A DNA stretch of 63,668 bases, counting the filler, from Octopus bimaculoides (lineage: Eukaryota), in assembly GCF_001194135.2 (NCBI RefSeq). It is 4 parts of 4 records of this genome, joined end to end, with 100 filler letters (N's around TTAATTAATTAA, not from the genome) between each part and the next. Parts side by side here need not be neighbours in the genome. Positions count along the whole stretch, not along the records: positions 24,623 to 56,168 come from NC_068985.1; 3 more parts are not named here. One strand, 5' to 3'. The notes below the pieces were generated by a model, which saw only the letters and a program-made list of their open reading frames with translations, made no database searches and was not told the DNA's origin. Positions 28,104-39,229 of the stretch are shown in pieces. The position numbers were made by a program, and so were the translations under genes. How positions within the stretch are numbered: position 1 is the stretch's first letter; every line of letters begins with the position of its first letter.

Positions 28104-29510
28104 TATATATTTTGTGTATATAGTTGGAATTTACAAAAAATACAAAACACAAGACGAAGACTCATGTGTAAACGACAAACAAATGCTCAGGAAGTGAAGA
28201 AGTGTTTTACATTTTGAGCCTACGCTCTTCAACAAAAAGGAACACAGAAATAAGCAGAGAGAGAAAATAAAAAATGTTTAGTGGCTTGCTTCAATCATGG
28301 CAAATGCCAGGCAGAAGTGGTCAGACAAGAGAGCTAGGAAGAAGGGGAGATAAAAATAGTATTGGTGATCCCAAAATGAAGGTGTGTGTACATATGTATT
28401 TGAGAGCATTTATATGCGTATGGATAGGGACTGATGACCTTGACGTGTGCGTATGTGTAGGTGTGTGGATGATGGTATGGTGTATGGTAGTGTGTGGTGT
28501 GGTGTTGTTGGTTGTGGTGGAGGTGAGGGTGGAATGTGGATTGGGTTAAAGGGTAGGGGTGGGGGCAGTGTGTGAGGGTGGGTGTGGAATGGTATGTATA
28601 GGGATGGTGGGTGAGAATGTGTAGGGTGGGATAGTGATGGAGGGGTGACGATGAAGGTGGGTAGGAGTGAAGAGAGGAAGTAGGTGTTAGAGCAAAAGAG
28701 GGGAGGAGAGGTGGGTGGGAGTGAAGGGAGGAAATAGGTGTGAGAGGAAGAGGTTAGATGAAGAGGGGAAGAGAGTCGAGCCCATGTAGCACAAAGGAGC
28801 AAAGAGAAAAGATTAATTCCTGTTCACGGTGAAGACAGGGCTCTGGATGGCCCCTGTGCAAGGACAATCCAAACACAGACAGGTGTTGTAAAGAATGACT
28901 GGTAGAGCAGATATGGCGCAAGACTGGGGTCTCGTTACTGAGAATGATGTCTTGGAGGTGTTCCGCGAACTGTTCAGCCAAGTAATGTCCTGTTTGACCA
29001 ATGTACAGAGAAGGATAGAGAGAGAACAGCAAATGCAGTAGATGATGTTGCTAGAAGTGCAGGTGAAGAAGTCAGTGATATGATAGGGTTGATGATGGGT
29101 GCCGGTGAGGATGATGGTCTGACCATTTGCCAAGCAAATTGGAAGCAGTAATTGAAGCAGATGGTGAATATGAGGTAAGGGCAAGTGCGGCAGCATGGGT
29201 GGGAGCAGGGGAATGTGCCAGGTTGAAAGGTTGGGTTAGGGAAGAAACTGTGGACCAGGAGGTGATGTAGGTTGCGGGCTCATTTGAAGGAATGGAGGGG
29301 TCAGCTGGGGAAGATGTGTGAAGTGGAGGGTCGGACTGAAGTCACCGGAGGCTCGGAGAATGGTGTGTTGGAGAGATGGAGTGGAGGGGTGGTAGGTGAG
29401 GAAAACGGGAGACAGGTGACAGCGGGGCGAGTGCGGTGGGAGAGAGCAGATGCACGGTCCATGGAATGTGCTCTGGCTAGGGCAGTGTGGATAGTGGTGA
29501 GGGGATATCC
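28104..29510 (-). mobile_element. Penelope-like element 3' part (GIY-YIG endonuclease, 3' UTR, terminal repeat), degenerate
   Basis: PGTFPCSHPCCRTCPYL...FTCTSSNIIYCICC and, in a shifted frame, LYIGQTGHYLAEQFAEHL (GIY-YIG). A pyrimidine-rich 3' UTR follows, and the terminal repeat near 28200 is related to the 13358 motif. Confidence 0.8.
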
Positions 29511-29524
29511 ACGTAGAGATATAT

Positions 29525-29605
<81 letters not shown>

Positions 29606-30270
29606 CCATTTTATATATATTGATATATATATATATCTAAATATAGGGTAATAATTAAATATTAATTTTACCAGTGGCCAGTGTGAGTAAAAATGTCCAT
29701 AGATGGCATATATTATTATATTGTATATGTATAAAAATTATACATGACAGGAAAAGCCACTATATAGCTTTCCAATTGTGCTAAAAATAGGAAATTATTT
29801 CCATAGCATGAAAAATCTCTTCTTATTTTAGCACTTTGAATGTAGTCAGGCAGGACAATTTGAGAGAAATCAAAAATGTTTAGTCATTCCCATACTTCGA
29901 AGTTTTGCCCTTAACAATTAAATACATTAACTAATGAATCAACGCATTAAACCATCTATGGCTCATCAGTAAGAGTTGCTATGGACATATAATTATAAAA
30001 CTCGATACATACCGCGTCAGACAGGACACACTGCACTTTGAGTTCAATCTTTATATATCAAGGAATTCATTTCAAATGTCCTACAAACAATGTGCCAAAG
30101 ACCAAAGGAAAGCAACAGTGAATCAACATTCAGCAGTGTATCATCTGACTTAAAATATTTAAGAATTAAAATATTTTAATCTAAATATAGGGTAAAAATT
30201 AAATATTAAATTTTACCAGTGGCTAGCATGAGTAAAAATGTCCATAGACAGCAAATATTCTCATATTATA

Positions 30271-30523
30271 TTGCGTTGGTGCATAATTATTGCGGCTTTT
30301 TCTCAATAAACTTTATTCAACAAAAACAGTAACAACACGTAATAAAAACATCTTTAAATGATTATTCCAGAGCATATTCACCATCTACTTCAATTACTCT
30401 TTCCCATTTGCTTGGCAAATGGTCAGACCGTCATTTAAAGATGTTTTTGTTAAAAATTGTTATTGTTTTTTGTTGAATGAAATTTGTTGAAAAAAATGCT
30501 GCAATAATTATGCACCAACCCAA
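30271..30523. mobile_element. Mariner-derived MITE (253 bp) with TA target duplication
   Basis: TA|TTGCGTTGGTGCATAATTATTGCGG ... TGCAATAATTATGCACCAACCCAA|TA, with about 90-bp imperfect TIRs resembling the Hsmar1/MADE1 end. The centre encodes a transposase C-terminus, DHLPSKWERVIEVDGEYALE*, on the minus strand. Confidence 0.9.
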
Positions 30524-31129
30524 TATTATGCTAGCATGGGAAACAGACAGTAAATATTGATGATGTTGAAATTTTTCTTAAGGATACATTTTATCAGAGA
30601 CAAGGTCATAAATTAAGTAACTTTTTCAGGTATTTTCTAACATTCTTAGCGAAAAATAAATTTTCTCGACTTTTAAGTACTGCAATAGATATGGGAAAAG
30701 GTTACTGATAATAAAATTGATTTATTTAGTGTAATTATGTAAATCATAACAGGATTTTGGGTAAAAGGTGGGTTTTCTGAAGAAAAAGACATAAAAGTAA
30801 AAGTTCTGTTTGTTTCCTACATTTTGCTAAGGTTCATCTCAAATTTTTTTCAGAAATGCTTGGATGCAACAGTTCTGAATTAATATTCTTTGACTAACTA
30901 AAAATTATCAGCATAATTTTAAAACAATTTATCTAAAATATAACGAAGTCATATTTTTGTATTTAGTTTAATTATTCATAGACTAAAGCAAGGCAGTTTA
31001 AATATACCAGGTTCATCTTTTTTTAATAATATAAAATGATTTGATGTTATACATTGCATTCTAATTATATATTTGTATATATGATTTAAAGATTATGAAC
31101 AACTTGAAATTATGATTTTCATATTATAG

Positions 31130-32344
31130 GTACTACTGAATTGTTTGAAGAGAAAAAAAAAATCAAATTTCTACCTGGTTTGACTACATCAACAAATACA
31201 ACATCAATTGTTAATAAACATGAGTTTCCAGCCAAAGAGGAATATTCTTCTCAAGCAACCAAAATAACTGAAACAATAAGGAATCTTTTCCAGCCCAAAA
31301 CTCCCATTACATATAGAACTGACCCTGCATTAGAACCAGTTTATGAAACAGAAGATTTCCAAAAATACCCACACCCACTATATCATTCTCATGATTACCA
31401 ATATTTTTGCGCATATTGTTTAAGCACTCATCCAGATTCATCACACAAATGTACCAAAGATATTCTTGCTTTTGCTAAAAAGGGAACATCAAACTGGCTG
31501 ATTGTCAGAAATAGACAAAAATATATACAGTCTGGTTATCACTTGTGTACATCAGTCGTAAACAAAGACACGCCATGTGCTATAGGACAAGCAGGCTGTT
31601 ATTTTGCACACAATAATGTAGAGAAACTTCTTTGGAATTTGGAAAAGGATAAAAAGTTTTCTATAAATTCTTTGGTTTTAAAAGATAGGACTGTGTCTTT
31701 TGGATTTGTTTTTTCTCGACATGGGAATCAGTTTGATTTCATTTGCAAAGACTGTTTCAAAAGTGGTTCTATGTCTGGTCAAAGTTCAGAAAATACTTTG
31801 TATTGTAATTCTAATTCTCAACATCTTTGGGAAAATTCAAAGATTTTACAACATACTTTAGATTTGACCTTTACTCTTATTAGAAAACCATCTTCTTCCA
31901 AAAATAAAGATTATAAACTTTGCCAGACACTTAAATGTAAAAAGGATAATTGCATTTATGCTCATAGTATGGTTGAGAGAGATGTCTGGATGGTTTTACG
32001 TGATCAAAATGTTTCTATGGAAGATTTTGTGAGTTATTGCAAGGCAGCAAAAACCAAACCACCTTATATGTTGAATGAATTTTGTAGAATTTGTTACAGT
32101 ACTGGAAAGATGTTAACTCATTCTCAGTGTCAACATGATAAGATTCATGGATCAATATATACCACCAAAACTAATGAAAGGAGAATAATAAATCATTTAC
32201 CTTCTGTAATTCCTTCAAAATACAACTTTCTCATGTGTAATTCTGCGAAAAATAACAAGTGTACAAAACGATCGTTCATTGAATGCACTTTTGCTCATAA
32301 CGACGAAGAAATTGTAATTTGGAAATGGATGTGTAACAACAATG
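31130..32344 (+). CDS. HELZ2: HELZ2-like gene, exon with three tandem zinc modules (first visible coding exon, phase 1-1)
   Basis: Acceptor ATTATAG|G, donor AATG|GTATGT, 405 open codons. Three repeats of CxxC...C..H plus LC-x-C-x-C-(F/Y)AH-xxE-xxxW (CYFAHNNVEKLLW, CIYAHSMVERDVW, CTFAHNDEEIVIW). The symbol rests on family-level motif similarity, and orthology is untested. Confidence 0.85.
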
Positions 32345-32952
32345 GTATGTTCTCACTAACTTTATTTTCATTTGTTTGCATTTATTATTAACTCAGTGTG
32401 TGAGTTGATGTGTGTATGCAGAAATTCATAACAAGTAGAACTTGTGGGTTAGAAATATCTTTTAAAGAGAAGAAAATTTATTCTTAATCTTACAATCAGT
32501 AATCATAAATAGAATCATTTTTTAAACAATCACCCATGCTAAATTGACTATAACTAAGAATGAGAATGGATTTTATCTGTGTTGTAACAGTCATCTTATT
32601 TCCTATAATGCCCAATACAAAAATTCATGTAAAAAAACATATGCTAAATAAATGAATTCATTTCTGACTTTCAGTTTTGATCTACTGCCCACTTCTGGAT
32701 TATAAATATTTTGTTTTCATATCCACTTTTCCTTGCTTGCATGAGTCAGGTGGAAGTTATCAAAGCAGATTTTCTATGGACAGGTACCCTCCCTGACACC
32801 AACCCTTATTTGATTCCAAATAAGGTAATATTTCCCCATGGCTAGACATGTTTTGTAGATATTCATTAGCAATAATCATATAATGTCATGACAAGGAGAT
32901 TCAAACACACACACACACACACACACATGCACACACATGCACACACACACGC

Positions 32953-33016
<64 letters not shown>

Positions 33017-33020
<4 letters not shown>

Positions 33021-33170
33021 CCATGTGGTTAAAAAGCTTGCTTTTTAGCAACATGATCTTGGGCTCAGTTTCTCTGTGCAGCACCTTGGGTGTCTTCTAC
33101 TATAGCCCTAGGCCAACCAAAGCCTTGTGAGTGAATGTGGTAAGCAGAAACTGAAAGAAGCTTGTTGTGT
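33017..33170 (+). mobile_element. SINE family A, 5' part (CpG-decayed)
   Basis: GCCATGTGGTTAAAAAGCTTGCT...CACCTTGGG..GTCTTCTACTATAGCC...CCAAAGCCTTGTGAGTG. Confidence 0.75.
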
Positions 33171-35044
33171 GTGTGTGTGTAGCCACATGCCTGTGCATTT
33201 ATGTATCCTTGACATCACATGGTAGTTATAAGTGAGTTTCACCATCATACAAGTGATGTTTGTTTCTAGTCTTCCATAGAAAACGTCTGGTCACAGGGTG
33301 AGGGTTGGTGACTGGAAGCCATAGAAAAATCTTCCTCAACAAATTCCATCTGACCCATTCAAGCAAGGAAATGTGGGTATCAAAATTATGATGGTGTATG
33401 TATGTATGTATAATATACTTTTTATGAGTTAGTCTTTGAGAATGATTGTAAGTTACTTAGCTATGTTGGATCTTTTCTGTTTGACTTTCAGTTCCTTTAA
33501 TTTTGTTCCAATTGATTTCAAATTTAGTGTATGCTAATTATAGAAATAAAATTTATTTTTGACATAAACTAATAAATAAAAAGTTAATAGCTTTTAAAGT
33601 TTGAAAATTTGAGTAAGTTTGGTGAATTGTGAGCTACAGACACATTCATGCCTGTTTCCATAACAACAAACCAAGCAGTTTAGCACCACTATGTACCTAT
33701 ATTTCTGAACTTTTGTTTTTGAAGTTTTGGTACAAAAAAATGTATTAATTGCTTTTTCAAATTTGATATATTGATATAATTTTTCATGCTGAAGTTGATT
33801 TTATTGTTCACTTGTTCCAGTTTGATAAATGTTCACTAAAAATATGTTGTCAATTGAATAATCCCTGGTCATCCACTGACTAGACTGACCCTAAATGCCA
33901 CTCTAACCCTAGGGTATCTCAAACTTTCACTTTTGATTTCCTGTTATTGTTTATGAAATGAACTACCATAATATACAGTTTTGTTTTTCTGTAACTTTTC
34001 ACAAAAAATAATTCAAGATTTTTCCATTTTATATTGCCTGTTCCAGTATTTCACATAACTTTATTCATTTGGACTTGTTAAAACTTCAAAACTTCTTAAC
34101 TTTTGTCATCATGATATATTGCTTTCATTTTGTTTAATAAAAGTTGTCATGCAGAAAATGCCAGCTTCCAAATCCTGTTTTCTGATTGGATAAAAATAAT
34201 CAAACTGTAGTTTTTTCCATTCCAGTAGCCTTCTAAGTGAATTTTGTCTTACAGGGCTGGAGAGCTCCACCAACCTTGGAGTTGCAGGAAGGATGTCAAA
34301 GAGCATACTGGACCACCTGAGCCACTCCATTCCTTGATTTTCTGTTGAGGTTGACTCCATTAGCCTTTTCCTTTCTCAAGGCAATGAGGATTTATTCCTG
34401 CAGTTTCTTCCATAACATGCCAATTAACCTATTGCTAGGACCTTTACAGGTCAACCTTATACTAGCTGCTATAAATATGCATATATTACATTTATTCCAA
34501 GCTGAAATCACATAAGTTGTTACTGTTTTTTTCATATGCAACCGGTGATAACATCAATAGAATATTTTTGCTAATGTAAGCTCATCAACAAAAGCATAAA
34601 TTTTTTTTATCCCTAACAAAAACTTCAAAAACTGAAAATTCAGAAAAGCAATATAAACAGGAGCATGGGGTGTATGACTGGGTTTTTTAAACATGTTGGA
34701 GTAAAAGCATTGTTAAATACACTGGATGTTTTTAGTGAGTTCCAGTTGGTTGAGGTATATTGTGAATCAGGATCATAAAGTAGAATGACTTACAAGATGT
34801 GACCAGTCAAGATGTGAGATGTGTGGTGAATAAAGTTCACAAACCTGGTAGCAGATTATTAACTTGGAAATTTTGTGCAAATTTGAATACTTGAGTATGA
34901 TTCCATGTATATTTATTTCTCATGGTTCATTTTTTTTTTTTTTGTATATTATTCTTTCATCATTTGTCTTTATTCATATCTTGAACACATTTTATTTTGA
35001 CAAAAACACTAATATTTTATTTGTTATATTTGTAATATTTTCAG

Positions 35045-35258
35045 TAAAAACACTGGAAGAATACGTTAGGTTGCAAAATCAATGTCATCCAAAGTTAAAA
35101 TGTGGCAACTCACTTAACTCAAATGAAACTAAAGTAACTAAAAAAGAAAATATTAACATACCATCAGTTTCACTAAATAGGTTTAAAGAACTTGGAGGTT
35201 ATTCTTCAATTGTCAATAAGCTACCAGTATCAAGAGAAAATCCCAAATTAACTCATGA
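35045..35258 (+). CDS. HELZ2: HELZ2-like gene, exon (phase 1-2)
   Basis: Acceptor AATATTTTCAG|TA, donor GA|GTAAGT. G+TA gives Val in frame with the previous exon (CNNN-V-KTLEEYVRLQ). Confidence 0.8.
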
Positions 35259-35689
35259 GTAAGTAATACTATATTTTTTATACAACTTCATTTTGTTTTC
35301 TAAATTGTTTAGTGTAGTCTCTTTATTCATCTGCAGAGCAAGTAGATTTCATTGCTATTCACTATGTGAGTAAAACAGAGAAGCATCAGGTAGGGAAAGT
35401 GTAAAAGCTATAAAAATATGGAGAACCTTATGTAGAAGAAAGATTATATAGAATTAGATTGATATCTCAGTGATAACCAACTTTCATGTGGTACTAAATT
35501 CTTATATAAATAAAGCATTGTTTTTTTGCTGGGGCAGTTGTCTAGTCATTTGATAAAAAGCATGAAATGGATTAGAAGACTACAAGTATAGATTGAAAAT
35601 AAATTAGATAAGAGAATGAATTGAAGAAAGTGGGTAGCAAGGAGTTATTCTTGTGGTCTGGCAAAGAAGCAGATACTAAAGGGATTGTC

Positions 35690-36735
35690 AGTGTCAAAAT
35701 CTCTGTAAAAGAGGTCTCCTTTTTTAATCACCATATATAGCTGGCTGAAGTTGACATTACACCTTTCCTGGACCCTAAAAGATCTATAATTATTCAACCT
35801 GGTCTTAAAAAGGCCTTCAGTTGCCCCAATGCATTTTTGTCTATGCATTGTCCTGTTTGTGCTAGTTGAAACTACATCTATTATATAGACCATGGTTTCT
35901 GTGTTGCATTTTCCCCATATAAGCATTTGGCCTCTATTCACAATTTAGGGGTATTGACTAATATATTTTTGATGATAGGTGTGCAGCTTAATGAAAACCT
36001 AAAGTTAAATTTTCCTATATCTATGGTCCTGTATAAAATGTTTACTCTCTAGTTTAAGAAAGGCCCTACCCATGCAGGTTCTTGTATTAAGCAAGAAAGG
36101 GGTAAAGACCAGATGACTTTGTAGTTGTGGACAGGCATTTAAGTAATACAAACTTTAAACCCACTCGATGACAAAGCCTTGTCATAATAATTGTTGCTGT
36201 GTTGAAGACATCTTTATTTGAGAATAGGTTTCAGATCTATGCTTCTACCCACAAAGGAGGAAGCAAAGTAGATGCTAAAATTTATGGGCCTATCTCTCTG
36301 ACTTGACACATCAGCTATCTCCCTTTGAATGATTGTAGCTGTATCCTGAATAGGTCAGTTTATGTACATTTTTCATTCACTAGTTTGCAAACGGAAAACC
36401 AAGTTTCCAAAATGAATTTTCTGTCATGAGGGTATTGGTAAAAATCTCACTTTTTGAATTCAAGAAAACACTGGGATTGTGCAAATTTTTTAGGATCATT
36501 GTCCTCTTGGTCAAGCAAAGTTTCACTATCTGCTCCAATTGAGGAATGGCCCAGGTTGCTCCAGCAGCTTCCAGTTAATTCTGTATGGTGTTCCATCATC
36601 TTTTAATCACCATATGTAACTGGCTAATGTTGTAACATTGTACCTCCTTGGGATCCTAAAAGAGGACTTATGGTTATTTAGCCTGACCTTATATGGGCCC
36701 TCCATGGGTGTGTCCTTTTGGTACTTTGCATCAAA
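35690..36735 (-). mobile_element. Two tandem remnants of a Penelope-like GIY-YIG element
   Basis: IGATEGLFKTRLNNYRSF (35.8 kb); EGPYKVRLNNHKSSFR..NVTTLASYIW (36.6-36.7 kb); CLTKRTMILK...FLNSKSEIF (36.45 kb). Same family as the 54.7-55.5 kb element. Confidence 0.65.
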
Positions 36736-36874
36736 TCTTAAGAAAGTAATGTAGGCAGGCAGATATATCACACTTGTTCATTTATCAAATGCAAATTACA
36801 AGAAATCTAGTAATATAGTTATATACTTTTGTTACTTATTACAACTTATTGGTTTACTGTATTTTAACTTGTAG

Positions 36875-37007
36875 TATAAATGGTACACGTGGAAATGCAT
36901 GTTTAGACTCATCACCTGTACGGGCAAAATCTGAAAAAATACCAGAATCTTCTACAAACCAAATCAAGCCAATTCTAGTGGAATGTTGTAGCACTATTAG
37001 TAAACCA
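36875..37007 (+). CDS. HELZ2: HELZ2-like gene, exon (phase 2-0)
   Basis: Acceptor TTTTAACTTGTAG|T, donor CCA|GTAAGT, 133 nt open (D-INGTRGN...ILVECCSTISKP). It supplies exactly the phase 2 to 0 bridge needed between 35258 and 48604. Confidence 0.7.
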
Positions 37008-37271
37008 GTAAGTTTTTCAGTTACCTTTTCCTGAAGTATAAAGATTGTTAAAATCAATAACATCATCTAAATTTAAATTGATTTAATGAACATTTCATCT
37101 TGATTCCAAAATTTTCTACTCTAACATTTGATATTTTACTCAACCGGCTACATTAAACCACAATTCTGTCATAAAAATGTAATCCTATCATCCCAATTGT
37201 TTAACTCATAGCCTAAATTCTAGGTGTAATTCTTCAATGTTAGAACTGAAGTTAAATTTGTTACTGATATC

Positions 37272-37523
37272 CATGGAGCCAGGAACAGGGGGTGCAAGTG
37301 CACCTAAAATTTTTGTGAAGTGCAAAATCAAAATTTGCATCCCTACTTACTTTTCACAGGTTTAAAAAACAGTGAGTAAAAAGTGAACTGTAAAAAGTAC
37401 CTTGAATTAGGTTTCTTCTCAAAGAACAAATAACATAAATAAATAAATGAACATGACCTTATTTGTAAAAATTTGGGGGTCTGAGTTTGCACCCCCTAAA
37501 CAAATTTTGTTCTTGAGACAGTG
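37272..37523. mobile_element. hAT-type MITE (252 bp) with 8-bp TSD
   Basis: CTGATATC flanks both sides (37264-37271 and 37524-37531). Termini CATGGAGCCAGGAAC and GTTCTTGAGACAGTG are decayed inverted repeats. Confidence 0.7.
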
Positions 37524-38889
37524 CTGATATCTCACTAAAGCAAATGTATGTATCCTGGATTTAGAATAGGTACATCATAACACTTTCAGGTGACTGAAAG
37601 GTTAATGACTAAAAGGGCATTGAAAAGAAACATTTTTGTATATAACTAAGACTTGTCAAGTTTGTTGTTGCTGCTGTCTAGATGAGACAAATGACCCAAA
37701 GTCTGTGTAAACAAAAACTTCACCTTTAGGCATACGTTTGTTTGAGTGTCTCAGAGAGAAATAGAGAGATGTCCAAGTGGATATTGAACACGATGGTATG
37801 AAAAAGTCAAAATAATAGTTTTAGATGTGTTTTGATATTCATTCATGATTACAGATTTAAAGATTTACACCTAATGTTGCAACAAGAAACTTAAAATTTC
37901 AGAGCTGCTGCACGCTGCTATGTTTTTTTCTGATGCGAATGTTTGCAATAGGATGGACTCTACTAATGGGACCCAAGAACAGTAACATGGTCTTTTGTCA
38001 TGAAGAATATCAATTTCACTATCTTTTAAAAAAATTAATTAATTTTAAGGTTTATGTATCATACCTGTATTACCTATAATTTGAACTGTAATACTTAGAG
38101 CTCTCTCAGTTTGCATTGCCTCCAAGTGACATTGTCTCTCTTCTGGCAAATTATCAATGTGGAAGTTGCAAATCTCTCTCTCTTAGATGAAATAGCCTTG
38201 AGGAATTCACATATAAAGTGAAGGCCTTGCAAATGTAATGGGAAGTTTCAAAGGACTAACATTTATTGTAAAGAGAAAACATATATAACAGCTTTGTGGG
38301 TGTATTACTGCTCACTTTTAATGCTGCATAAATATTAAAAACAGAAATTAAATAAAAGAGTAAGTAAAGGAAGAAAAATAAAGTAAAATACTAGATTAAG
38401 GGAGAAATCCCAGAAAATCTGTGTGAGGAGAGTTTAATACAAACAAGGTTTGTGTGCTTGAAAAAAACCCCAGCTAAGCTTGTGTTAAAAGAAATAGTTA
38501 AATCCACTAGTAAGAGAGCTGATTTTCACTTCTGTTCACATTTTATAGTTGCAATTGGTATCATTGATCATTTCCCTTAAAAGTGTCAATTTTATGTAGA
38601 GATAATTCCCTTGGAATATTCCCTCCTTATCCTGGTCTTCATTGAAGATATGAATTTATTTGGGGATTTCAAAATCTGTGTATTCTCCATTTCTGCTATT
38701 ATATAGTGATCCATGCTTTTAAGGATCCAGTTAGAAGAGCTAACTTTAAAAGTTCTTTTGAAATCTTATCATCACTCTAGGTAGATTAGATCAAGTAATC
38801 AAAGATCCTCTTATTGTTAATCTATTAGTTCCAACAGCCATTGAGTACTTTTCTATAGTCTTTTTTTGTTTTAGTGTTGCTGTTGTTCA

Positions 38890-39090
38890 TAATGGTTTCT
38901 GCTAAAGGCACAAAGCAAAACATTTTATTAGGCAAGGTTAATTGCTTAAATCAATCCTAATACTCGATTGATATTTATTTTATCAACTCTGGAAAGGAAA
39001 TTTTGACCTTGGTGTGATTTGAACTTAGAGCATAAAGAGATGGGATAGATGCCACAATGTATTCTGTCCAACACACCCTAACAATTCTGA
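38890..39090 (-). mobile_element. SINE family B, heavily CpG-decayed
   Basis: GGTTTC...GGCACAAAGC...TATTTTATCAACTC.GGAAAGG...GACCTTGGTGTGATTTGAACT...AACAATTCTG is colinear with the other B copies. Confidence 0.6.
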
Positions 39091-39229
39091 CAATTTTAAT
39101 TTAATCAAGTATGTCTCCTTTTATCATTTTTGTATATATTGACCTTGTGGTACTTATTTCAGAAGCAAAGTATATGGAAGCGTTTAAAGTTCATTTGATA
39201 CAGAATAACGTCTAATTTAGTAAGCATTG

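Noticed and set aside
36854-37066. Minus-strand ORF as a nested antisense exon
   Set aside because: The same bases are better explained by the plus-strand exon 36875-37007, which has canonical sites and the required phases.
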